Shown here in pieces: positions 7,728 to 18,611 of a DNA stretch of 64,000 bases. The notes below the pieces were generated by a model. That model ran no database searches, was not told the DNA's origin, and saw nothing but the letters and a program-made list of their open reading frames with translations. Source of the stretch: Patescibacteria group bacterium (lineage in GTDB: Bacteria > Patescibacteriota > UBA1384 > XYA2-FULL-43-10 > 1-14-0-10-43-13); contig JBAZBD010000001.1 in NCBI GenBank assembly GCA_041671645.1, positions 85,561 to 149,560 of the forward strand. The letters run 5' to 3'. Both the position numbers and the translations under genes were made by a program. How positions within the stretch are numbered: the stretch's first letter is position 1; each line of letters starts with the position of its first letter.

Positions 7728-9686
7728 TTGGCGAGAGGGTTTAAGCGAACGCTAACATATATTTTGATGATTGCCGTACTGGCAAAGGTTTTTGGTATTG
7801 ATGTTGTGGAAGTTAAGGCAGTCACACCGCCACCACCCACTGGCACCAGTTGGGCGTATGTCAATCAAACGGGGGCTTCAAGCGGTAATGAAATCGCGAA
7901 TCTTCGTCTCAATTACAGCTCTACTCACTGGGATTTCCATAATAGATATGCAGGAAAGACCCTTAATGTTTACGATAATCCTTGGGGCCCAGCTGATAGC
8001 TGGGATCTTTGGCAGGCGGATGGCATGATGAATAACCCATCTATTCCGAATATGTATATTCTTTCCAACAATTCTGTGACTCCGAATTCTCTTGAAAATG
8101 TTTGTTGGGATCAAAAGGACCCAAACCTTGGCCAAGTAGCTGGCGCTAAGGACTTCTTTACTGGCGTGTTTGGCGACTGGAATGCAATATCAATACCAAG
8201 TGTCGGAGTGAAGCTTTGGTGCTACAAGGCTTACGAAGTCGGCTCAATCAACCAAACCCCTGGTGCCCTTTTCTCCACCCGCTCTACATTTACAAACACA
8301 CAGCCAACGGTTGCAGCATGGCAGACGGCTGCTGTCGACTACAATATTGTTTTGCAGAAAGCCAGAGAAAGCATTTCCAAGCCCATAATGCCAACTATTT
8401 TACCGGTGCAAAGGATAGGGCCCATCTCGGCAAACGATCAAGCCTGCAAATCGTGGTATACAACCAGAAGGATTGCCTCGGACGCGGATGCCCAAAAGTG
8501 GATTGACGCTCAGCTCAAGGAGATTAAAACCGTTGTACCAGATGGACAAAACGACGCAGCAGCTCAATATCTCAAGGATTATCTTTCAAACTCAGCCTCA
8601 GCCTCGGCACTGAAAAGCTTCTTGATCAACACAGATGCTGCTTCCTTCCAAAGATATTATGGCACCGCGTCAAAGCAGTATCCCACCGTTGCCCTATCGA
8701 CAAGAGAAGCTAATTCTCTCGTATCCGACTGGGATAAATTAAACGCTGGCATCCCATATGTAATTAACGGTCAGAGTGGTGCAGTCACAGCTTCGAATTG
8801 GTTTCTCGGCGTCGGAGCCGTCGCTCTTATAGCTGCAGGTGTAGTAACCGCTATGGGAGTTGGCGGTACGGTATTATTTGGCTCGGCCGGCGTCACTGCT
8901 CCCGCAGTAGCTGTTACTCAAGCGGCAAGCGGAGCAGCCGTGACTGCCTCAGGCATTGAAATATCCGGAGCATATGGTACTGCCTTGCTTCATGCAGCTA
9001 CTGCCGCCGGGACTGGGACAGTCGTGGATGGCGGTATATTATTGACTACTGGAGCAGTAATACCTGCGACTGCTACTGAAATAGCGGCTGGGAGCGTAGT
9101 CGCAACAACGGCCGCGAAGATAGCCATTGGGGCTGTAGTTACCCTTACGGCTGTATGGCTCCATGAATATATACTGAGAGCTGCCGCCCTAGCAGTCGGA
9201 GTCATAATAGGTGTTTACAATACATTCAAAACTTGGATGGACGCGGCGGCGAAAGCTGGAACATGGAACCCAATAGTTGCGTGGCTCAATAATTCTGAAT
9301 ACAAGGCTGCGAGAGAGGCTTATCTTTACAATATTTCGAAATTCTCCTTGGACATGTACTACGCCAACCAGAATAACCAATACAACAACTGCTTGAAAGG
9401 CAAGGGGGATCCCGCTGCCGTCTTTAATAGCACTGTCGATTCCCAATACCAAAAACTTTTGCCCCAGGGGTATGCGCTCGCTGGAACTTTCAATAATGCT
9501 CCAGGAGCCAGTGATTCTCCTTCGCTCTGCGCCGGATTTGATATGTGGAAGGAACCAATTTCATGGGCTTTTTGTGGTATTATCAGCATTTTCTATGATT
9601 TTGCGACTTGGCTGCAAGGACTTGGGGACAAATGGATGGCAGCCACTATTGGCGTGACCTACGACTCATGCTCAGCGGGCCCATGA
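7728..9686 (+). CDS. Secreted/membrane protein with a long Gly/Ala/Val-rich hydrophobic segment; first gene of the T4SS-like operon
   Basis: 652-aa ORF, signal peptide, GGAGGGG upstream of a TTG start. Confidence 0.8.
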   Translation: MARGFKRTLTYILMIAVLAKVFGIDVVEVKAVTPPPPTGTSWAYVNQTGASSGNEIANLRLNYSSTHWDFHNRYAGKTLNVYDNPWGPADSWDLWQADGMMNNPSIPNMYILSNNSVTPNSLENVCWDQKDPNLGQVAGAKDFFTGVFGDWNAISIPSVGVKLWCYKAYEVGSINQTPGALFSTRSTFTNTQPTVAAWQTAAVDYNIVLQKARESISKPIMPTILPVQRIGPISANDQACKSWYTTRRIASDADAQKWIDAQLKEIKTVVPDGQNDAAAQYLKDYLSNSASASALKSFLINTDAASFQRYYGTASKQYPTVALSTREANSLVSDWDKLNAGIPYVINGQSGAVTASNWFLGVGAVALIAAGVVTAMGVGGTVLFGSAGVTAPAVAVTQAASGAAVTASGIEISGAYGTALLHAATAAGTGTVVDGGILLTTGAVIPATATEIAAGSVVATTAAKIAIGAVVTLTAVWLHEYILRAAALAVGVIIGVYNTFKTWMDAAAKAGTWNPIVAWLNNSEYKAAREAYLYNISKFSLDMYYANQNNQYNNCLKGKGDPAAVFNSTVDSQYQKLLPQGYALAGTFNNAPGASDSPSLCAGFDMWKEPISWAFCGIISIFYDFATWLQGLGDKWMAATIGVTYDSCSAGP

Positions 9687-9690
9687 TATT

Positions 9691-12501
9691 ATGATGAATA
9701 TTCTCGAAAAATTGAACTTATCAAAACAGAGCAGAATAATAGCCTTCTGCATTTTTGGATTTTTCCTTGTCGTTCTAGCTTTCTTGGTCCACCCTACCTT
9801 AACACTGGCCGGTACTGGGACTACCAGTAATCCAGCCACTTCATTTAATCCTCCGACAAGTTTAGCCAAAATCTATGAAGTTCTGGGCACCAACAACGGC
9901 GGTGTAGGTCACGAGATCCGATCTCTTTGGATCACCATGATGGGTATCGTGAATTCGCTGATAGTCTTAGTTCTCCTTTTTGTCGCTTTTGCGGAAATAC
10001 TACGCTTGAATGTCAGTACTTACGGAATCAAGAAGATATTGCCTACCCTAGTCCTGGCCGTACTAGCCGCCAACTTTAGCTACATTCTCTGTCGTTTCAT
10101 AGTCGATGTTGCCAACGTAATGCTGACTCTCTTTTTGAGTGATACCAATACCAAATGTATTACAGAAGGCATCAAAGTCTCAAAGTTCTTTCATGCCGAC
10201 ATCGAATCAATCATCAAAGATTTGAATGCGAACAAGGCAGGAGGTACTTCCGGTGGCCTTTTGACGGCATTGGCCTTGGTAATTTTTTCGATTGTCGCGG
10301 CGGTAATCACCTTAGTCCTGGCTTTTCTCTTTACTATCAGGAATTACATTATATATCTACTTGTGATTGTAGCTCCGATTGGCTTCATGGCCATGGCTCT
10401 GCCCCAAACCAAAACTTACTTCGGCCAATGGTGGAGCATGATGGTGAAATGGACTTTCATGCCTACTGTATCGATTGCCATCATCTGGATGGGTGGGCAA
10501 TTGCTCAAACTATCAGGCATAGGAGACTCCCCGCTCATGGGTATGGTTCTCTCTGTTGCCTTCTTGGTCCTTGCGATCCAGGTCCCCTTCAAGCTCGGCG
10601 GCCCAATCATGCAAAAATGGGGTGACATGGGCAAGAAAGCCTGGGGATCAACAGGTGGAGCTGCCGCCAATAAATGGGGTAGCGGCATCAAGGACTACTG
10701 GACTAATCAGGGGAAAAGCGTGGCCATGCGCGGCTGGAACAACTGGCGCATGACTGGATTAAATATGGTCCGCAAAGGCAACGGTTTCCAACGTGCCTTG
10801 GGAAACAGCTTCCTCTTCGGCTCGGGCGGAGACAAGGCTAAAGCCAATGTCAAATTTGAAGAAGATTTTGCAAAGGGTCTGACTGAGGGTATCCAGGCTC
10901 GTCACTACTACAAAGAAGACAGCACAGGCAAAGCAAGCAAAGCAGGCAAAAACCTCCAAATGCGCCGAGAATATCGGGCGAACCGTGCAGGCGAGGAGAA
11001 AGAGTATGAGGCCTATGCCAAAGAAGATATTATGAAGGTAGGGGCGACCGATCCAGAAGACGAGATGTACACCACCCTCAAGGCATGGCGCGCTTCTTCT
11101 GGACATGCCAGACAGAGAATGGCTATAGCCGAACAGCATATGAACGATTTAGTTGGGCAAGGTACCTTCGCCTCGATCCAGGGATATTTGATGAAAAAAG
11201 AAGACCAGAGTGAGGAAGAGATCAGAGTAGACGCGATTAAGAACAATCCCACTATTACAGACGCTGAGCTTAACAAGATTGTTGAGGAGACCGTAAAGGC
11301 AAGAAAAGAAAGAGACCAGGCAGAATACAAGAAGGTACTGGGAATGAACCAAGATCAATTCAAGGAATGGAGCGAATTCCAGATATTTGTAAATACCGAG
11401 AAAGAAAGTACTAATCGATTGAAAGAAAAAGCCGAGAAAGACCAGCTCGTCAAGCCGACAATGGATCAGCTTGCTATCCATGAACAAGCCGAGCTTTCTC
11501 AAGAAACCAAGCTTACAACACAGAAATTCAAAGAACTCTCTGACGAATTGAAAAAATTCGCCAACGGTATACAGACGAGTGGCAGAAAATTAAGTGAAAT
11601 GACCCAAGAGGAAAGAAACCACTTGCAGTCCAGCGCTTTCAGCGATGACGAAAGAAAGAAGTTTTCTGCCTATCTTAACAACCAGGGTCGCGCCACCGTC
11701 CGCCTTCGAGAGATGGGCGTATTGAATGAGAACGAGGAGTTCCGAGGCAGCGGTGACGCTCACGACTCCGCAATTGCTAAGGCCGTTGAGACGAGAGAAG
11801 CAGAGTTTATCGAGAAATTTATCAAGGGCGAGATGAAAAACGGTAAGAGAGCCGGAAAGGTAAGAATCGACGAGACTACGGGCAGGATTTCTCATATTCC
11901 AGCTCACTTGAGAAACCTGGTCGAACAAGATGCAGACGGGAACATCAAGCTAAGGCGTATGGATAGGACCACCTATACCAGAGGATTGGCTGTTGCTAAC
12001 GATAAAACCAAGGGAAGAGTTGCGGACTATTCCGCTATGACTGTCGACACCCTAATAAATCTGCTTACTGCAGGGGACAAAAAAGACAGCATCACCGCCG
12101 AAGACATCCAGGCCTTTAGAGCTGGACATGCCACCTCAGATACCAATAAGCGTAGCCGTATGATGGCCATGATAGCTTCACTTGCCGCAAAACTCGACAA
12201 GGCAAACGAAGCCAATCCAGCCGCTGAATTCATTATCAGTGGGCTTAGCCGTGATGAGACTACTGGGACCGACGAGACTCAGGAATTATTATCGGAACTT
12301 GAAAAATCTGCGGCGACTGGAGCCGCTTGGTCGACAGGCAAAGGTATGGAGGAGGCGTTAAAAGCAGCGCGGGATGCGTCTGCCGGTGACATAACGGAGT
12401 TTCGTAGAACTTTGACTACTGTTTACGCGACAATCCCCCAAAATCAAAGAGGTACCGTCAACTCTATTATTAGAAAATTTGTCAGAACTGGATCGTATTA
12501 A
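9691..12501 (+). CDS. VirB6/TrbL-like polytopic membrane protein with a long charged helical C-terminal domain
   Basis: About 7 TMs with LAANFSYILCRFIVDVAN, R..IIYLLVIVAPIGFMA..LPQTK.YF.QWW and FMP pattern; next to PrgI/VirB4. Confidence 0.75.
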   Translation: MMNILEKLNLSKQSRIIAFCIFGFFLVVLAFLVHPTLTLAGTGTTSNPATSFNPPTSLAKIYEVLGTNNGGVGHEIRSLWITMMGIVNSLIVLVLLFVAFAEILRLNVSTYGIKKILPTLVLAVLAANFSYILCRFIVDVANVMLTLFLSDTNTKCITEGIKVSKFFHADIESIIKDLNANKAGGTSGGLLTALALVIFSIVAAVITLVLAFLFTIRNYIIYLLVIVAPIGFMAMALPQTKTYFGQWWSMMVKWTFMPTVSIAIIWMGGQLLKLSGIGDSPLMGMVLSVAFLVLAIQVPFKLGGPIMQKWGDMGKKAWGSTGGAAANKWGSGIKDYWTNQGKSVAMRGWNNWRMTGLNMVRKGNGFQRALGNSFLFGSGGDKAKANVKFEEDFAKGLTEGIQARHYYKEDSTGKASKAGKNLQMRREYRANRAGEEKEYEAYAKEDIMKVGATDPEDEMYTTLKAWRASSGHARQRMAIAEQHMNDLVGQGTFASIQGYLMKKEDQSEEEIRVDAIKNNPTITDAELNKIVEETVKARKERDQAEYKKVLGMNQDQFKEWSEFQIFVNTEKESTNRLKEKAEKDQLVKPTMDQLAIHEQAELSQETKLTTQKFKELSDELKKFANGIQTSGRKLSEMTQEERNHLQSSAFSDDERKKFSAYLNNQGRATVRLREMGVLNENEEFRGSGDAHDSAIAKAVETREAEFIEKFIKGEMKNGKRAGKVRIDETTGRISHIPAHLRNLVEQDADGNIKLRRMDRTTYTRGLAVANDKTKGRVADYSAMTVDTLINLLTAGDKKDSITAEDIQAFRAGHATSDTNKRSRMMAMIASLAAKLDKANEANPAAEFIISGLSRDETTGTDETQELLSELEKSAATGAAWSTGKGMEEALKAARDASAGDITEFRRTLTTVYATIPQNQRGTVNSIIRKFVRTGSY

Positions 12502-12509
12502 ATTTATTT

Positions 12510-13298
12510 ATGGACAAAGATTACACTAATTTGATTAGGCTACTAATTCAGGCAGATGACAGATCACTTGGTGACGAGTCAGTCACTTCTATTTTGTCGC
12601 GAGCTCAATCCGTCGACGCTTCTGTCAAGAGGACAGTGGCTGAAAATTATGATGATATCAAAATATTTGTCGCTTCAAGGAAAGCCGACATTTATCCTCG
12701 TCATCTCCTGTTGGAAAGGCTTCAGCTGAAATTACTCGACGCCGTGCTTCTCGATGTCAATGCGTCTCAAGTTTCATCCTGGAAACCCGAACAGATTATC
12801 GAAAAGATAAATCATGACATTGTTGAGGGCAAGGGAGACTTTAAGTTAAATAAAATAGACAATATCCTGGACATTATTCACAAGATCCAGACCGTGGAGA
12901 AAGTAAACCGCTCCATCGACCTGATCTATTATTATGATCTTGCCCAGAAGGCATATTTTCACATGCCATATTTTCGGAACCTAGAACAAAATGTTATTGA
13001 GAATATAATTCGCGATTTGGAAAACAATTTCCCTAGAGTTAGATACACCTTGTCCGATGAGACAGCCTCCAAGAAAATAGCCACTGCCTGCTTGCTGTCC
13101 AAGGGATTCACTCAAAGCCAGCTATCTCCGCTGACTGCACCATCACTTTTCGAGATCATGAAGGACATTTTCTTTTGCTGTGTGGCGACCCTAATATTGA
13201 GAAGCACAAACAAAAGTAATTCATATACCTCCGCTGAGGCAGTCGACACCCTCGACCTTCTCATGGTTGATGATCAAATCATGAGCAATTGGGATTAG
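12510..13298 (+). CDS. Hypothetical soluble helical protein
   Basis: 262-aa ORF 8 nt after the previous stop. Confidence 0.7.
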   Translation: MDKDYTNLIRLLIQADDRSLGDESVTSILSRAQSVDASVKRTVAENYDDIKIFVASRKADIYPRHLLLERLQLKLLDAVLLDVNASQVSSWKPEQIIEKINHDIVEGKGDFKLNKIDNILDIIHKIQTVEKVNRSIDLIYYYDLAQKAYFHMPYFRNLEQNVIENIIRDLENNFPRVRYTLSDETASKKIATACLLSKGFTQSQLSPLTAPSLFEIMKDIFFCCVATLILRSTNKSNSYTSAEAVDTLDLLMVDDQIMSNWD

Positions 13299-13399
13299 TA
13301 CTTCGCCGAGCTGACCTTATAAATTTTGGCACGGCTGATCTGTTGCTGTACTTTGGTATCAATGTTATAATTTCCCTAGAGATTAATTTGGAGGGGATA

Positions 13400-13819
13400 T
13401 TGAGATTTAAGGTTCCGCAAAATATCGACATGCAGGATCGCATTTTGGGGCCACTGACCATGGTTCAATTTATCTATGCCGTGGTCGGATTTGGCATTTG
13501 CTACGCTATATTCTCGGCCATACCTGCGCCGCTCTCCTATCTGCTGGTCATACCAATCGGCCTTTTTGTCGTATGTCTCGATTTCGTCAAGGTCAACGAG
13601 AGGCCTTTCCTAAACTTTTTCATGTCAGCGATCCAATTCGCCGGTTCGCCCAAACAAAGGTTTTGGAGCCAGGGCAGCGATTCAGATATGGAAGTGGAGA
13701 TTTATCAAGCCCAAGTCCAACAAACAACCCATCCACACAAAGATATTAGCCACGCCGAGATCGAAGCCCTGGCTGGGAAAATAGACACTATTTCAGGCAA
13801 ACAGATGATTGAAAGATAG
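13400..13819 (+). CDS. PrgI-family (VirB3-like) protein
   Basis: FKVPQNIDMQDRILGPLTMVQF, two TMs, KVNERPF; TTG start after GGAGGGG. Confidence 0.88.
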   Translation: MRFKVPQNIDMQDRILGPLTMVQFIYAVVGFGICYAIFSAIPAPLSYLLVIPIGLFVVCLDFVKVNERPFLNFFMSAIQFAGSPKQRFWSQGSDSDMEVEIYQAQVQQTTHPHKDISHAEIEALAGKIDTISGKQMIER

Positions 13820-13824
13820 TTTTT

Positions 13825-14811
13825 ATGGCATTTTCAACTCAACAACAAATTGAGATTGCGGGTATCAAGGACGGTATTATCATCATGAAAGATGGAACGT
13901 ACCGTGTCATTTTGGAGGTGACTGCTACCAACTTTGCGCTCAAAAGCGAGATGGAGCAAAACTCTCTAATCATGCAATATCAGAGCTTCCTAAATTCCCT
14001 ACATTTTACGATCGAGATCACCATACGCTCGAAAAGATTGGATTTAGCTCCTTATCTGACCAAGATGAAGGCACTGGGCGACAAACAGCCGAGTGAACTG
14101 ATCCGAGAGCTATCCGCTGATTACGTCGACTTTATCGGCAAGCTCGTCACCATCGCCAACATTATGAAGAAAAGCTTCTTTGTCACCATCGCTTACTCTC
14201 CTATTTCGGTCAAACAGGTCGGGCTTTTCAACATGCTATTCGGGCAAAAAACACAAAAATTTGATCATTTGAAAATCTCCGATGTTGATTTCAAGAACGC
14301 AACTGAGAAATTGCTTGAAAACGCCGGTATAGTCGCTTCTGGCCTAGGCTCGATGGGGCTCCACTGCTTTCAGCTTTCAACCGAACAGATCATTGAGCTC
14401 TTTTATCAAATTTACAATCCAGCTGAATCAACCAAGGAGCGATTGACCGACGCTGAGATGCTAGCTTCTCAGGTCGTCTCCACCAAGAAAGCTCCGGCGG
14501 ATGGCAAGGTGCCGGAGATCGATGGTATCACGCCGATGCTGATTGACAACACTCATATTGTGACGGCCCAGATGCAGCAGGAGGCGGAGCAGAGACGACA
14601 GGCCACTGAGATGGAAAATATGAATGCTCCTGCTGGAACGCAAGTACCACAGACCGCAGCCACAGAACAGGCTGGGGCCAGCAAAGCACCAGAGCTCAAT
14701 GAACTAGACGTTGCCACGGTAAACACCTCGGCATCAACCCCAACTACCAATTCTCCATTAGATAATTTGAGTAAAGACGATGACGGACCAGAACCCAAAC
14801 CCACAACCTAA
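13825..14811 (+). CDS. VirB4/TraC N-terminal-like T4SS component without a Walker A motif
   Basis: IAGIKDGIIIMKDG, NFALKSEMEQ, YQSFLNSL; position between PrgI and VirB4. Confidence 0.75.
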   Translation: MAFSTQQQIEIAGIKDGIIIMKDGTYRVILEVTATNFALKSEMEQNSLIMQYQSFLNSLHFTIEITIRSKRLDLAPYLTKMKALGDKQPSELIRELSADYVDFIGKLVTIANIMKKSFFVTIAYSPISVKQVGLFNMLFGQKTQKFDHLKISDVDFKNATEKLLENAGIVASGLGSMGLHCFQLSTEQIIELFYQIYNPAESTKERLTDAEMLASQVVSTKKAPADGKVPEIDGITPMLIDNTHIVTAQMQQEAEQRRQATEMENMNAPAGTQVPQTAATEQAGASKAPELNELDVATVNTSASTPTTNSPLDNLSKDDDGPEPKPTT

Positions 14812-16714
14812 TCCTGTCCAGCCGGACGCTCAAGCCCCAGCCCCAGTTCCACAGGCTCCTCCGGCCGATGCTAGAGCGATTGCAAACCAGAACCTGAAGT
14901 CCAGAGAGAAAAGCTCGATGACTCCAGACGAATTTTGGAACAAAAAGGCAGAAGCGTCCAAAATCAAGAGTGGGGCGACCTCAGTTCGAGATATTGTCGC
15001 ACCTGCCTCTTTCGCTGTTTCGTCCAATTTTATCCAAATCGACAATTATTTCGTCAAAACTCTCTTTGTCTTCACCTACCCCCGGTATATCGAGACGAAT
15101 TGGCTCTCGCCAATTATCAACTACGATATTTCGATGGATATCGCCATGTATATCCACCCGATGGAGACCAGAGACGTCATGACCGAGCTCAAGACTCAAG
15201 TTGGTAAGCTCGAGTCCACCCTTTCAATCGAGCGGGAAAAGGGCCAGCCCAGAGACCCAGAAGTCGAGACCGCGCTCGGTGACGTTGAGGCGCTTCGAGA
15301 TGTTCTCCAGCGTGGCGAGGTCAGATTATTTCAATTTGGGCTTTACTTCACTATCTACGCCGGCTCAGCCGAAGAACTTCGCACCGTCATGGATCAGCTC
15401 GAATCAACCTTGGGCGGACTCCTGATTTATACCAAAGAGACACTTTTCCAAATGGAGCAGGGCTTCACTGCCACTTTGCCTCTGATGCAGGACAAGATCA
15501 ACGTCCTTCGCAATTTGGACACCGCCTCTCTCTCCTCTACTTTCCCCTTCGTCTCGAGCGAATTGACCCAAGACGATGGAATTCTGTACGGAATCAATCG
15601 CCACAACAATTCCCTAATTATTTTCGATCGATTTTCTCTTGAAAACGCCAACTCTCTAGTCCTGGCCAAATCCGGCTCGGGTAAATCGTACTTGGTCAAA
15701 TTGGAGGCCTTGCGCTACTTGATGCTTGGCACCGACGTAATCGTGATCGACCCAGAAAACGAGTACAAAACTCTTTGCGATTCCGTCGGCGGTAGTTACT
15801 TGGATATTTCGTTAAACTCCGACAAACGAATTAATCCGTTCGACCTCCCAATCAACCCCTACGAAACAGGCGAAGACGTCCTCCGCTCTAATATCGCTTC
15901 CCTCCATGGCCTGATCAATATCATGGTCGGTGGCCTCACCCCAGAAGAAGACTCCACCGTAGACAAGGCTCTTTATGAGACTTACGCCATCAAGGATATT
16001 ACGACCGATCCAGAAAGCCAGACCAATCAGCCTCCTCTGCTTCAGGACTTCTTCAATATCCTCTCCAACATGCAGGGCACTGAATCGCTTCGGGCCAGAC
16101 TGGTCAAATACACCGAGGGCACCTACGCCAATCTTTACAACCAGCCGACCAATTTTGAGCTCAAAGAAGGTTTCGTTTGCTTCTCTGTCCGCGACTTGGA
16201 AGATCAGCTCCGCCCAATCGCTATCTATACTGTCCTTGATTATATCTGGACCAAAGTCAGAATGAACCGAAAACAGCGCATCATGATCGTGGATGAAGCC
16301 TGGTGGATGATGCAATATGAGGATTCTGCCAAGTTCCTTCACGGCCTGGCCAAGAGAGCAAGAAAATATAACCTTGGGCTTACAATCATCAGTCAGGACG
16401 TCGAGGATTTCTTGGGTAGCCGTTATGGCAAAGCCGTCTTGGCCAACTCCTCAATGCAAGTCCTGATGAAACAATCGACCGCTTCGATCAATTTGATCGC
16501 TGATGTTTTCAATTTGACTGAGGGCGAGAAATATTTGCTTCTCGAGTCTGATGTCGGAGAAGGTCTCTTCTTCGCGGGCTTGAATCACGTAGCTTTCAAA
16601 GCGATTGCTTCCTACACCGAAAATGAAATTATTACTGTCGAGCCAGAAGAGCTGGCAAAACAGGGGCCAGAAGATGCTGTAGCGGCAGCAGACCCTAACA
16701 CACCAACCCAATGA
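14780..16714 (+). CDS. virB4: VirB4-like T4SS ATPase
   Basis: AKSGSGKS Walker A, IDPENEY, INPFD, IVDEAW, RARKY and SQDVEDF motifs. Confidence 0.92.
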   Translation: MTDQNPNPQPNPVQPDAQAPAPVPQAPPADARAIANQNLKSREKSSMTPDEFWNKKAEASKIKSGATSVRDIVAPASFAVSSNFIQIDNYFVKTLFVFTYPRYIETNWLSPIINYDISMDIAMYIHPMETRDVMTELKTQVGKLESTLSIEREKGQPRDPEVETALGDVEALRDVLQRGEVRLFQFGLYFTIYAGSAEELRTVMDQLESTLGGLLIYTKETLFQMEQGFTATLPLMQDKINVLRNLDTASLSSTFPFVSSELTQDDGILYGINRHNNSLIIFDRFSLENANSLVLAKSGSGKSYLVKLEALRYLMLGTDVIVIDPENEYKTLCDSVGGSYLDISLNSDKRINPFDLPINPYETGEDVLRSNIASLHGLINIMVGGLTPEEDSTVDKALYETYAIKDITTDPESQTNQPPLLQDFFNILSNMQGTESLRARLVKYTEGTYANLYNQPTNFELKEGFVCFSVRDLEDQLRPIAIYTVLDYIWTKVRMNRKQRIMIVDEAWWMMQYEDSAKFLHGLAKRARKYNLGLTIISQDVEDFLGSRYGKAVLANSSMQVLMKQSTASINLIADVFNLTEGEKYLLLESDVGEGLFFAGLNHVAFKAIASYTENEIITVEPEELAKQGPEDAVAAADPNTPTQ

Positions 16715-16715
16715 A

Positions 16716-18161
16716 ATGCCTGACCTCGATGTCTCAAAAGTTGCAGGCGGGTTCAAGATCCAAAAATATCTGATTCCGATCGGCGGATTTTTTGTCGTCA
16801 TGCTTTTCTCTGTGATCGGTTTTTCTTTTTTTGGGATAATGAGGGACAATCGAATTCCCGAAGTGACACCCATGACCTCAATTTCTGGCGCATCTGTCAC
16901 CTGTCAGGACTGGGGCGCAGGCACAAAGGGTGCCGTCAATTTCCAGGAAGATATTACATATGCTGCCAACAATTCCAAGATCCAGCCAGCTCTGCTAGGC
17001 GCGATTTTTTCGGCTGAGCATGGAGGCTGGCCAGTTTCAAATTGGGCTACTGACGACTATACGACACCAAACCAAACAAGCGGTGCGATGGGCCCGTTTC
17101 AATTCATGCCTGGTACATGGGCTGAACAGTGCAAAAAATACAATAACGATCAGGTTAAAAAATTAGGCTTAGCCCCAATCGCAGATTGCGGTCCGGATAC
17201 CGCCAAGGATTTCAAATCTGCGTCCAAAGTCTCAGCCTATTATCTGAAATATCTGGCCGGCCGGATTACGAAGAATAGTAAAACTGCTGAAAAAGCTGAT
17301 ATTCAAGGTATAGCCGTTTCTTATAACGGTGGCCCAGGAACTTACGATGATTGGAAAGACTCTGGATTTGCGACCCTAAATAGCGAATCCAGCGGATACA
17401 AAACGAAGGTTTGGGATCGCTTTCAGGTTCTATACAAAGGGTGCTCCTCCAATGACGCTACCAATCTACCGACAACTATCTCCTCCTTTGACACTTCATT
17501 TATGAACGCAGAGCCGCTGAAGAGTTGGCTGAAGAATCGACCCAAGATTAACACACAGAGTCAGACCGCCACAGGCATTACTCTCCACTGGACGGGAAGC
17601 TGGGACAAGAATGTGACAGCAGAGCAGGCAGTCAGTAAGTTGATAACCGGTTGGTACAATCGTGATACGGAGACAGACGGCACGAAGTCTTCGGTATTTA
17701 ACCATCTGGTGATTGATCCGGCTGGCAAGGTTTGGCAGCTTATCCCGCTAGATGTAAGACAAGCTGGTTCGGGCAAGGGAACAGTAAATAATATTAGCGC
17801 CAATGACTTCACTATCGGCATTGAGATAGCAGGCACGGGGCCGGCAGATGTGGGGCCCGACACTGCCGCCTACAACGCAGCCCTTACTACTGTCGAAAAA
17901 CTGTTATCCGAGATTCCAACCATCAAGAACGACAGAGGCAATGACCTTAATTTCAAGGCTAAGTCTGGAATATTCGGTCACTTCCAAACCGCAACTGCGA
18001 CAAGCACGAGCACAGTTGGCTGTTCAAGCGCCAAGGATGACCCTGGGCTGGCCTTCATGAAGGAACTTTGGGATGACCTCAAGATTTGGCAGGGGCTCCG
18101 GACAAATGGCAACGGTTGTTATTTCGAAAATGGAAAAAAGAAATATTACCCACCAAGATAA
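16716..18161 (+). CDS. Membrane-anchored lytic transglycosylase + N-acetylmuramoyl-L-alanine amidase (Amidase_2-like) fusion
   Basis: SLT motifs SAEH, GAMGPFQFMPGTW, YNGGPG; amidase motifs ITLHWT, HLVID..G.VWQL, IGIEIAG, GH, DPG. Confidence 0.85.
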   Translation: MPDLDVSKVAGGFKIQKYLIPIGGFFVVMLFSVIGFSFFGIMRDNRIPEVTPMTSISGASVTCQDWGAGTKGAVNFQEDITYAANNSKIQPALLGAIFSAEHGGWPVSNWATDDYTTPNQTSGAMGPFQFMPGTWAEQCKKYNNDQVKKLGLAPIADCGPDTAKDFKSASKVSAYYLKYLAGRITKNSKTAEKADIQGIAVSYNGGPGTYDDWKDSGFATLNSESSGYKTKVWDRFQVLYKGCSSNDATNLPTTISSFDTSFMNAEPLKSWLKNRPKINTQSQTATGITLHWTGSWDKNVTAEQAVSKLITGWYNRDTETDGTKSSVFNHLVIDPAGKVWQLIPLDVRQAGSGKGTVNNISANDFTIGIEIAGTGPADVGPDTAAYNAALTTVEKLLSEIPTIKNDRGNDLNFKAKSGIFGHFQTATATSTSTVGCSSAKDDPGLAFMKELWDDLKIWQGLRTNGNGCYFENGKKKYYPPR

Positions 18162-18201
18162 GTTCATATTTCGATGATTTTAGGGTAAAATTATAGTAGA
18201 G

Positions 18202-18248
18202 AATTCTTAGTTAGTAGTTATTAATTTTTATTCAATTTTTAATTTATA
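18202..18248. repeat. AT-rich heptamer left arm of the four-helix-bundle cassette
   Basis: ttcttag ttagtag ttattaa tttttat tcaa tttttaa tttataa. Confidence 0.75.
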
Positions 18249-18611
18249 ATGTCAAACCCCGACATCTTAAATCTGGAAGAAAGAACCGCAAAATTTGGTG
18301 AGGCGATAATACATTTATGCCAAGAATCAAAGGTAACAATTATTACCGAGCCAATTATACGACAGATAATACGTTCAGCCACGAGTATCGGTGCAAATTA
18401 CATGGAGGCGAATGGGGCCTGCTCAAAGAGTGATTTTAGAAATAAAATCTTTATCTGCAAGAAAGAGACAATGGAGACAAAACACTGGCTGAGAATGCTA
18501 TCGTCAGCTTTACCAGACAAATCCGATGAATTGCGAGAGTTATGGAAAGAAGCGCAGGAGTTAACTTTGATATTTTCTAAAATTGCCGGGTCCTTAAAAT
18601 CTAAAAATTAA
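18249..18611 (+). CDS. Four-helix-bundle protein (23S rRNA IVS-protein / TIGR02436-like)
   Basis: LEERT.KF, QIIRSATSIGANYMEA, SKSDFRNKIFICKKE..ET.HWL and EA.EL..IF motifs. Confidence 0.92.
   Translation: MSNPDILNLEERTAKFGEAIIHLCQESKVTIITEPIIRQIIRSATSIGANYMEANGACSKSDFRNKIFICKKETMETKHWLRMLSSALPDKSDELRELWKEAQELTLIFSKIAGSLKSKN

Noticed and set aside
18249-18611. Diversity-generating retroelement (Avd-like gene) or rRNA intervening sequence
   Set aside because: No reverse transcriptase, no TR/VR pair seen, and no rRNA sequence around the gene.
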